NCBI GenBank assembly: GCA_964510585.1
Contig: CAZECW010000060.1
Coordinates: 1-32,000, forward strand
From: an uncultured archaeon
Lineage (GTDB): Archaea; Asgardarchaeota; Jordiarchaeia; Jordiarchaeales; Jordiarchaeaceae
DNA length: 32,000 nt
Direction: 5' to 3'
Positions 16,084 to 24,038 of the stretch are shown one piece after another (position 1 is the stretch's first letter; each line of letters starts with the position of its first letter). Position numbers and translations under genes: made by a program. The notes under the pieces are model-generated. The model was given only the letters and a program-made list of their open reading frames with translations, ran no database searches and was not told the DNA's origin.

Positions 16084-17259
16084 CTATTCTTGGAAAACTT
16101 CCATAGCAGCCACTACGCCTTCGCCGGGTTTCACTGGAAAACCTTCCTTTCTGAGTATCCTATCCAAGGCTTCTAATACTAGAATCACGTTTCTCTCACA
16201 GGCATTTATTCCCATTAGTCCTATTCTCCATATTTTTCCTTTAAGCTCTCCCAATCCTCCCCCTATCTCTACGTTGAAAACATTTAGAAGAGCCTTTCTC
16301 ACGTTTATGTCAGAGACTCCCTCGGGAATTTTTACTGCTGTCAGAGAAGGTAGATTGTTTTCGGTGGCTAGTGTTTCAAGCCCCATCGCATTTAAACCCT
16401 TTATCAGAGCTTTACTTGCCTTAAGATGTTGAGCCCACCTCTTCTCCAAGCCATCTTCGTAAATTATTCGCAACGCTTCTCTCAGACCATAAATCATGGA
16501 AATTGGGGCTGTATGATGGTAAAATCTATCAGCCTCCCAGTACTTTTCTATCAAGTTGAGATCGAAATACCAGCTCTGGATTTTCCCCTCACGATCCCTA
16601 ATGAATTCAACCACCCTCTCGTTAAGAGTAATGGGAGATAATCCGGGAGGACAATTTAGACATTTTTGAGTCCCACTATAACTTATATCTACACCATAAT
16701 CGTCAATTTTTAGTTCAACGCCTCCCAAAGATGTTACGGTATCCACTAGGAGAAGTGCGTCATACTTTTTCGCTAAATTGGAAATCTCTTTTAGGGGCTG
16801 TACAACACCAGTTGATGTTTCGGCGTGCACCAAAGCCACAACCCTAGCATTAGAATTCGCTAAAGCTTTTTCCACACTCTCTGCACTTATAGCTCTACCC
16901 CAAGCTTCCTTAACTTCGACGGGTGTACCCCCACACCTTTTAACTATCTCACTCATCCTCTGACCAAAAAAGCCGTTTACCCCTACAACAACTTCATCCC
17001 CTTTGCCCACCAAGTTCACTAGACATGTTTCCATCCCCGCGCTACCTGTGCCGGAAATTGGTATAGTAAGCCTGTTCTTTGTTTTAAAAGCGTATCTCAA
17101 CAGTTCCATTACCTCATCCATAATTTCAAGAAAGTAGGGATCTAAATGACCCACCAAAGGCATAGACATAGCCTTCAGCACTCTAGGGTCAACATTACTG
17201 GGCCCGGGTCCTAGTAGAATTCGTTGGGGGGGAGCCAACTCCCTATACTTCTTTTCCAT
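16084..17259 (-). CDS. Alanine-glyoxylate / serine-pyruvate aminotransferase (class V PLP)
   Basis: LLGPGPSNV, GHLDP, SGTGSAGME, HAETSTG, SGTQKCL (PLP lysine), YHHTAP, WRIGLMG. Confidence 0.92.
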   Translation of the reverse strand: MEKKYRELAPPQRILLGPGPSNVDPRVLKAMSMPLVGHLDPYFLEIMDEVMELLRYAFKTKNRLTIPISGTGSAGMETCLVNLVGKGDEVVVGVNGFFGQRMSEIVKRCGGTPVEVKEAWGRAISAESVEKALANSNARVVALVHAETSTGVVQPLKEISNLAKKYDALLLVDTVTSLGGVELKIDDYGVDISYSGTQKCLNCPPGLSPITLNERVVEFIRDREGKIQSWYFDLNLIEKYWEADRFYHHTAPISMIYGLREALRIIYEDGLEKRWAQHLKASKALIKGLNAMGLETLATENNLPSLTAVKIPEGVSDINVRKALLNVFNVEIGGGLGELKGKIWRIGLMGINACERNVILVLEALDRILRKEGFPVKPGEGVVAAMEVFQE

Positions 17260-17365
17260 AAAAGTCAACCTTCCATCTCAAACTTGTTTTTACATAAAGC
17301 AATTTAGTTGATTAACGTGTCGGTCGAATTAACAGAATCGAAAAAAGAAGTTTTCTTATCAAAGG

Positions 17366-18184
17366 CTATTTTCCAAATCTTCTTTCTCTCATTTGGTAGG
17401 TTCTTAAAGCCCTCCAAAAGTCAATTTTTCTCATAGCTGGCCAGTAAACATCACAAAAATACAGCTCAGAGTAGGCGGATTGCCATAGTAGAAAACCCGA
17501 TAGTCTCTCCTCACCAGAAGTGCGTATAATAAGGGAGGGATCAGGAATCCCCGCTGTGTAAAGGTGTTTTTCAATCAATTGTTCATCAATGTCCTTGACA
17601 TCGATTTTTCCAGCCTTAACTTCCTCGGCGATTTTCCGGATAGCATCAACTATTTCTGCGCGGCCACCGTACCCAATAGCTATGTTAAGCAAGTACTGAT
17701 CATAATCCTTTGTCGCCTCTTCAGCTCTCCTAATAGCTTCTTGTACTCTGGGGGGCAAAAGATTTATTCTACCTATCGCTTTAATCCTTACCTTGTACTT
17801 GTGTATTCTTGCCTCCTTTAGGATTTGTTCAAATTTTTCCTCAGCAAGACGCATAATCTCATCCACTTCCCTGCGGGAACGCTGAAAATTCTCCGTAGAG
17901 AAAGCGTAGAGTGTAACAACTTTGATTTTAGACTCCCAGCACCATTCTAAAAAGTCCCTTACCTTCTCTGCACCATATTTGTGTCCAACCCATACATCCC
18001 AACCATGTTGCCTTGCGAATCTCCTATTACCGTCTAGAATAACCCCCAAGTGTTGTGGCATGTTCCCATCTTTGATTTGGCGCCACAGAATCTTCTCATA
18101 TACATTAGAGAGAATTCCCCGAACTTTATCAATGAGCGATAAAGGTAAGCGGGATACCGGAATATACCTTAACAGACGTTGCAT
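17366..18184 (-). CDS. uppS: cis-prenyltransferase (undecaprenyl/polyprenyl diphosphate synthase)
   Basis: HLGVILDGNRRFAR, YAFSTENFQRS, YGGRAEI, IRTSGEERLSGFLLWQ, C-terminal RRFGK. ATG 18184 follows GGGTG. Confidence 0.95.
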   Translation of the reverse strand: MQRLLRYIPVSRLPLSLIDKVRGILSNVYEKILWRQIKDGNMPQHLGVILDGNRRFARQHGWDVWVGHKYGAEKVRDFLEWCWESKIKVVTLYAFSTENFQRSRREVDEIMRLAEEKFEQILKEARIHKYKVRIKAIGRINLLPPRVQEAIRRAEEATKDYDQYLLNIAIGYGGRAEIVDAIRKIAEEVKAGKIDVKDIDEQLIEKHLYTAGIPDPSLIIRTSGEERLSGFLLWQSAYSELYFCDVYWPAMRKIDFWRALRTYQMRERRFGK

Positions 18185-18331
18185 TAAAAACACCCTAAAT
18201 GACCCTAATTGTCACTTCCTCAGAACCATGGCAAACCTACAACGCAAGCGTTCTGGATGAACAAGAAATTTTTACAACAACATAATTGAGTTTATATTAA
18301 AATTCATGAAGAGATAATAAATCTTTTTGGG

Positions 18332-18613
18332 TTGAGGAAACAAACGAAAAATCGAACCCACCAATTAGGCATTAGCCTTCCCTTCGAGTTGCAAGATAAA
18401 TTCCATAAATTTAATCTAGTTGGTTTAACTAAAAAGCACCTAACTGGCTTGGTTCTGACAACGACACCACTAAAAGTAGCAAAGGGGGGTCAGTTTCCCC
18501 ATACAAATAGGGGAAATGGTGAGGTAATAGAAGGCAATGGAACTTATCGAGAATGGTCAAAAATTAATATTTTTGACCTGTATAAGGTCGCTAATATTTT
18601 TCCGCGGAATTAA
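18332..18613 (+). CDS. Doubtful hypothetical protein
   Basis: 93-codon ORF filling the uppS-peptidase gap. No RBS. Faint ribbon-helix-helix-like segment LGISLPFELQDKF. Confidence 0.2.
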   Translation: MRKQTKNRTHQLGISLPFELQDKFHKFNLVGLTKKHLTGLVLTTTPLKVAKGGQFPHTNRGNGEVIEGNGTYREWSKINIFDLYKVANIFPRN

Positions 18614-19674
18614 TGTAGAGATCGGGGGCTGCTTGTTAGTAGTTCGTATCCTTTCTTACGGACTAAAATCATGTCCTCTATCCTGCATCCCCCAAAATCT
18701 GGGAGGTACACTCCAGGCTCGGCTGTAAAAACCATTCCCGCATCTATAACGTCTGTGCTGCTGGAACTAATAGACGGATGTTCATGTACTTCGATTCCGA
18801 TTCCGTGACCAAAACTATGGATAAAAAAGTCGCCATAGCCCTCCCTTTTTATTAGCTCGCGAGCCGCTTTATCAATCTCATTACACTTTACGCCGGGACG
18901 AATAATCCCTATTGCCTTCTGCTGGGCGCTTAAAACCGTTTGAAAAAGTTTTTCCTGCTCCGAATTCGGGGAGCCAACTGTACACGTCCTAGTTATATCT
19001 GAACAATAATTTTTGTAACGAACCCCTAAATCAATTACCACCAAATCGCCTTTTACCAGTTTCCTACCACTAGTCGAGGCGTGTGGAAAAGCGGACCTGT
19101 AACCTGAAGCCACTATTGTTTCGAAGGAGGTCCCACATGACCCCCTCTTCCTCATAACATATTCTGCTTCCGCAGCCACATCATACTCCCTAACACCGGG
19201 AGCTATGGTTTCTATAGCCTTTTTCATACCCTCATCAGCGATTTTTGCCGCTTTCCGAATTTTTTCAATCTCACTCCTAGATTTAATGGATCTAATTTTC
19301 TTTATGATGTTGGAGGCAGGAATAAAATTTAGAGCCTCACTACTTTTTTCCAGTCTCTCTTTAACACTCACCGTTAAAAAATCCTCCTCAAAGCCCAATT
19401 TTTTAATTTTCAAATCTTTTTGGAGCTTTGAAAAACATTTATCAAAATCTTCCTGGCTTTTAGCCTCAATAATGGAAAAACCCTTCAACTCGTTTTTCGC
19501 AGCCCAAAGATCCAGCGGGGAAACTACAGCTAGAGGAACACCATCCCTAGGTATAATTAGGTACATAAATGAACTGGAAAAAAAGTTTGAGAAATAGAAA
19601 ATGTTCTCTGGCTTGAACAAAATCACCGCATCAACCTCTCCAAGCATATCCCACAACTTCTTTAACATGTCCAC
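18610..19674 (-). CDS. pepQ: Xaa-Pro dipeptidase/aminopeptidase (M24B)
   Basis: IRSIKSRSEIEKIRKAA, FETIVASG..SAFPH, DLG..Y.SDITRT, HSFGHGIGIEVHE, EPGVY, RIED. Confidence 0.93.
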   Translation of the reverse strand: MDMLKKLWDMLGEVDAVILFKPENIFYFSNFFSSSFMYLIIPRDGVPLAVVSPLDLWAAKNELKGFSIIEAKSQEDFDKCFSKLQKDLKIKKLGFEEDFLTVSVKERLEKSSEALNFIPASNIIKKIRSIKSRSEIEKIRKAAKIADEGMKKAIETIAPGVREYDVAAEAEYVMRKRGSCGTSFETIVASGYRSAFPHASTSGRKLVKGDLVVIDLGVRYKNYCSDITRTCTVGSPNSEQEKLFQTVLSAQQKAIGIIRPGVKCNEIDKAARELIKREGYGDFFIHSFGHGIGIEVHEHPSISSSSTDVIDAGMVFTAEPGVYLPDFGGCRIEDMILVRKKGYELLTSSPRSLH

Positions 19675-19766
19675 ATGTCTTCCTCCGCTACACCTTTAAA
19701 CAGTTACATAAAAATTTTATTAACACCCACATTAATGTTAATGCTAATTCTAAACCAGGTGATTTA

Positions 19767-20318
19767 ATGAATGTTATTGCTGTAGGCTCAGAAAACCCAG
19801 TTAAAATCGCAGCAGTTAAAAATGTAATGCAAAAACTACTGGGGAAAGTGAAAATCTGCGGCGTCAAAGTTCCAAGCGGAACACCACCTCAACCCTTGGG
19901 ACTCAAACAAACCCTAGAAGGCGCACTTAACAGAGCCCAAAACGCTCTAGCCAAAGTAGATGGTGCCATTCTCGGCGTAGGCATCGAAGCAGGATTAATA
20001 GACATCTGGCTGAACGGCGAGCTACATTACCTCGACTTCCAGTACTGCGCAATTTTAGACAAAGAAGGAAGAAAAACATTCGGGGCCGGCCCAGGGTTCG
20101 AATACCCCCCAATTGTTAATCAGAAGGTTATAAAACAAAATTTTGAAGTAGGAGAGGTAATGGAAGAGATAACAGGCATTAAAAACCTGGGCGAAAAAAT
20201 GGGCGCCATAGGCTACCTATCCCACGGACTAATTGACCGAACCAAACTAACAGAACTCTCAGTCATAATGGCCATGCTACCCAGAATAAACACAGAACTA
20301 TACTCGAAAGAGCCATAA
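19767..20318 (+). CDS. yjjX: Non-canonical purine NTP phosphatase (inosine/xanthosine triphosphatase, YjjX family)
   Basis: VGSENPVKI, VPSG..PQP, GALNRA, GVGIEAG, GAIGYLS..LIDR. GGTGA RBS. Confidence 0.9.
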   Translation: MNVIAVGSENPVKIAAVKNVMQKLLGKVKICGVKVPSGTPPQPLGLKQTLEGALNRAQNALAKVDGAILGVGIEAGLIDIWLNGELHYLDFQYCAILDKEGRKTFGAGPGFEYPPIVNQKVIKQNFEVGEVMEEITGIKNLGEKMGAIGYLSHGLIDRTKLTELSVIMAMLPRINTELYSKEP

Positions 20319-20774
20319 CCACTACCACATAATAAAACACTTCCAAAGCACTAAAACAAAGACCTCGAAGTTCTCAGTGTTCTCCTTATAGCGTTGAGCT
20401 TGCAAGAGTAATATGCCCGAGCGGCCGAGACTAAGTTTCCAGCTTACCAATTTTCGTCGACTTTTTAAACCCTAAGAGGATTGACCCCTAATAACACACC
20501 TTTAAGACGAAAGAAACACTCGGGCACAAAGCAATCTGAATTGACACAACCCAAATAAGGAAAAATAATGCAAATTGTTAACTTCATCAAGTCCACTACA
20601 GTTACATACTAAAGACAATACTAGATTAATACAATTGCTACTTGTACAATTCAAACTTGACGATTATGGTAAAAAGTAGGTATAAAACCAAACCAGTTCA
20701 AAATCGACAGGGTGATAGTCTTTTTAGAGGCAAAAAATTCGAGATTTTAATTAACCAATAGAAAATTTGGAAAA

Positions 20775-21140
20775 CTATATTAGTTCAGCTATCTTTTGAG
20801 CAGACCTACGCATATCCAAAAAAATCAAACCCAACTTAACATCCTTCTTAGCACTTACAGTCAATACGGCATTAGGACCTGCACCCATCACAAAAATGTA
20901 CCCCTCATTTCCACGTATGAAAACCTGCTCCAATTCTCCCTTACCAAGTTCTTGGGCAGCCCGCTCACCAAGGCTTAGCATAGCAGCAGTCATTGCTGCT
21001 ACACGTGTTTCATCAACATTAGCAGGCAGCGCCGAGGCTATGGGAAGCCCCTCAACACTCACTATCGCTGCCGCCTCAATTTCAGGCACCGACGCTTCCA
21101 AGTCCTTTAGTATTTCTTCCAGATTTTCGCTCTTAGACAT
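20775..21140 (-). CDS. Roadblock/LC7 (MglB-like) protein
   Basis: IEAAAIVSVEGLPIASAL, RVAAMTAAMLSLGER, LEQVFIRG..GY, LGLIFLDMRR. ATG 21140. Confidence 0.92.
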   Translation of the reverse strand: MSKSENLEEILKDLEASVPEIEAAAIVSVEGLPIASALPANVDETRVAAMTAAMLSLGERAAQELGKGELEQVFIRGNEGYIFVMGAGPNAVLTVSAKKDVKLGLIFLDMRRSAQKIAELI

Positions 21141-21254
21141 TACCCACTTCACCAATGCCCTGTTTAAGCATACCTACTCTTAAGATAAAGACTTAAACTT
21201 ATATTTTTTCCTCTACTCTCTGACCAGCAAGAAAATAAAGGTTAAGAGCTATTT

Positions 21255-21848
21255 TTAAGCGGATTTGGGCATTAACTCTTGTTTATAAAGCCTCTTCAAG
21301 AGAACTTCTCTGGAAAGCGCCTGGAACGCCCGCTTTACACCTAGTCCCTTAATCGCAATAGACTCATACACAGGCAACGAATCAGCTTTAAGAGCCTCAA
21401 CGAGGACATTTTTCTCCAACGCATCCGGCAAATCACGCTTGTTAAGTAAAATCAGTAAAGGTATCTCGCTGCCAAGCTGGTCTCCGAGAAGTCCCTTCAG
21501 TTCCTCTAAGCTCTCTAAATTCGCCTGCAACTGATCCCTTGAAGAGTCCGCTACAAAAATGAGCCCATCAGCACCTTGAAGCACGATTTTCCTCTGATGC
21601 CTATGGCGCTTCTGGCCTGCCACTGTGTACACATCGAAAATAACTTTGCCCGTTGCTGATATTGGGGTATAGTCAAAGTACAGCGTTCTGCCTGTGGGAT
21701 CCTCAACAGAAGTAAAACCACCTTTGTCTAGACCAGTTACCTCATCATAAATCCACCTAAGACAGGTAGTCTTCCCAGATAGGGATGGACCCCAAAAAAC
21801 TATTTTGAAATGTATTCTACCTTGAGCATCTTTTTTCAAAGGCAGCAC
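21255..21848 (-). CDS. mglA: MglA-like small GTPase
   Basis: KIVFWGPSLSGKTT (G1), GRTLYFD (intrinsic Arg plus switch I Thr), YTVAGQ (MglA-type G3), GADGLIFVADS, NKRD (G4). Confidence 0.9.
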   Translation of the reverse strand: MLPLKKDAQGRIHFKIVFWGPSLSGKTTCLRWIYDEVTGLDKGGFTSVEDPTGRTLYFDYTPISATGKVIFDVYTVAGQKRHRHQRKIVLQGADGLIFVADSSRDQLQANLESLEELKGLLGDQLGSEIPLLILLNKRDLPDALEKNVLVEALKADSLPVYESIAIKGLGVKRAFQALSREVLLKRLYKQELMPKSA

Positions 21849-21884
21849 ACGTCCTATTCAATTTTAATAAGGAAAGGATTCAAG

Positions 21885-22352
21885 CTACACCTTTTCAAGC
21901 TCGCTAAGGGCGGCCTTAAGTTCCTCGTCGCCAGCTCCACCTTCAGACGCAGGCACAACCGGCTTCTCAGCAAGAAACTCGTCGAGAACACTCTTAAGTT
22001 GAGTCGATGCCTTCTTCATAACCAAGCGAATCATACCAATATTAACATCAGAATCAGTTATAACACAGAGAACACCCTTACCGCAACTTGCGGCAAAGAT
22101 TTTCCCATTATCAAACTCTGAAGTTACAATGTTCAACTCACCAATATCCAAGTTCTTACCCTGCTCTTCTGAAGCACAGTAAACTGCACTAGCAATAGCT
22201 CCAATGCCGTCTATATCCACAGGGTAATAACTGAATTTTGATACGTGGGCTATGGTTAGTCCTGTTCTGTCTACCAAAATCACTTTTTTTATCCCGCTTT
22301 CCGCCTTGATGACATCGCTCAAAATTTTATCAAAGGCTTTTATATCCATCAA
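21885..22352 (-). CDS. Roadblock/LC7 (MglB-like) protein with C-terminal linker plus amphipathic helix
   Basis: IKKVILVDRTGLTIA, GAIASAVYCASE, VNIGMIRLVMKK, then tail PVVPASEGGAG-DEELKAALSELEKV. Immediately upstream of the GTPase. Start TTG 22352 or ATG 22349. Confidence 0.88.
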   Translation of the reverse strand: MMDIKAFDKILSDVIKAESGIKKVILVDRTGLTIAHVSKFSYYPVDIDGIGAIASAVYCASEEQGKNLDIGELNIVTSEFDNGKIFAASCGKGVLCVITDSDVNIGMIRLVMKKASTQLKSVLDEFLAEKPVVPASEGGAGDEELKAALSELEKV

Positions 22353-22510
22353 TTTTTAACAATCCCCGTTTAGTTTTTGTTAATGGGTTTCTAATATAAT
22401 CTCCTTTTTCCTGTATTATATTTGGTTTTCGGTTTTTATAGGGTTTCTTTAGGATAAACAGTTAATATTTTGGAACTATTTTGGATTTTTTATGGTGTTT
22501 GGTTTTTGGT

Positions 22511-22828
22511 TTATTTGCTTTGCGGCAGTTGTTCAGTATTTTTGGATCTGAGTACTATTAGTACGTATTCTTCTTCGGGGGCTATATGTAGTTCGCTTTC
22601 TCCCGCATCTAGTGTTAGGAAGTTCAGTGTACCTTCACCGAGTTCTTGAATGACTTTTGAAGCTTTCCCAACCAGTGATGTTACTTGGGCAGATATTATT
22701 TCGGTCTTTTCGGTTGAGAGGGTTGAACTTATGGGCAGTCCTTCGGTGTTTGTAACGATAACGCCCTTAACGCCTGGATGTTTTTGTAGCTGTTGTAGAG
22801 TTTTCTGGAAGTACTTTGAGGTAATCAT
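22511..22828 (-). CDS. Roadblock protein resembling dynein light chain roadblock (DYNLRB)
   Basis: TLQQLQKHPGVKGVIVTNTEGLPISSTL ... LNFL ... IAPEEEYVLIV. GAGGTG RBS 6 nt before ATG 22828. Confidence 0.88.
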   Translation of the reverse strand: MITSKYFQKTLQQLQKHPGVKGVIVTNTEGLPISSTLSTEKTEIISAQVTSLVGKASKVIQELGEGTLNFLTLDAGESELHIAPEEEYVLIVLRSKNTEQLPQSK

Positions 22829-22868
22829 TGTGTACACCTCATCCTATATTATAAAATATACATTTGTC

Positions 22869-22882
22869 TTTTAAAAACCTTT
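22869..22882 (-). promoter_or_regulatory. Candidate BRE/TATA (GAAAGGTTTTAAAA) for the leftward roadblock gene
   Basis: Consensus-like archaeal promoter about 40 nt upstream of ATG 22828. Confidence 0.5.
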
Positions 22883-23166
22883 CAGTAAATGGGGAATGGT
22901 AGAAATTCTTTGATGAGTTGATGTTTTTAGTTGTTTTCTTCTTTTTGAATGGTTAATTTGTTCTGTGGGAGGGTTTTAATTTGTGTAGAAGTAGCAATTT
23001 TTGATAGTTCTGCGAAATATCAGTTAGTTATTTTTTTATTAAAAAAATTTAAATTTTAGAAAGAAAATAGAACTCTTAAATCAAAATCATTATCTTTTGG
23101 GTTTGGAAGGCTAAGAGTTATAGCCAATAATTGCGCTAATAGTTATATAGTTGAAGTGGTGATTTC

Positions 23167-23520
23167 ATGAGTCAATCTAAAGCTGAGAAGATTTTGGCAG
23201 ATCTCATGGACAAGATTCCGGAAATCGAAGGAATATTGCTTCTGGATACGAATGGGAATGTGAGTGTTGGAAAAACAATAACGCAGATGAACCATTCAGA
23301 AATAGCTAAGAATGCTGCGGTGATGATTGCCTCCGCCAGAGAGTTGAACAAGTCAATTAATAAGGGTGGTGCAAACGCAACCTACATTGAGGGTGATGAT
23401 GGCTACGCGGTAACGGCAAATACAAAGAATGCTATATTGCTGGCAATAATTGGTAAGGATGCTGCTCCCTCTCTGGGGTTGATAATTAGAGATCTTAAGA
23501 TAGCCCTATCAAAAATCTAA
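23167..23520 (+). CDS. Divergent roadblock/LC7 protein
   Basis: IPEIEGILLLDTNGNV, YIEGDDGY, SLGLIIRDLKIAL. GGTGA RBS. Confidence 0.82.
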   Translation: MSQSKAEKILADLMDKIPEIEGILLLDTNGNVSVGKTITQMNHSEIAKNAAVMIASARELNKSINKGGANATYIEGDDGYAVTANTKNAILLAIIGKDAAPSLGLIIRDLKIALSKI

Positions 23521-24038
23521 ATTTGGACATGGTTATTTTTGAATTCAATTTTCTTCCCCCTTCATATTTAAAAGGATGGCAAGCGACTTAACAATTTTTT
23601 ATAAAATAATTTGGATTCGCTCAAAACTTGTAATAAAAAGGATTATCAGGGATTTATTAAAGGAGGAAAATTGTACTCACTATCTACAGTTACTGGTTCA
23701 AAGAAATCTTTATGTTGCATTTGAGGGACTGAGATTTAAACATGCAGTAAGGAGTCATTTAACTCGTTGAGATTCTTTTGAGAAATATTCCAGAGAATAT
23801 AAATAAATAAAAACTTGTTTCACTTAATACGTCCTGAGAGGCGTAGAAATTTCCTTCGAAAAGCGGCCTTGAATTGGGTCTATTTTAAAAACCGGGAATC
23901 AAGTGTTGCAATGAACATAAATATTATTAGTTTGTGCGGAAAAGGTTTTAGGTGCTAGCTAATTGGATGGTGTTGTTTTCTGCGATATGGAGTTTAGTGT
24001 GTTGCGGCAAAGAAATTCTTTGAAGGCGGGGTGATGGC

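Noticed and set aside
23576-23770. 64-aa ORF and an internal 17-aa micro-ORF (TTG 23671, MYSLSTVTGSKKSLCCI) with a perfect AAGGAGG RBS and CaaX-like end
   Set aside because: No recognisable domain, and both are short enough to be random. The prenylation-like ending is unsupported without evidence of a protein prenyltransferase.
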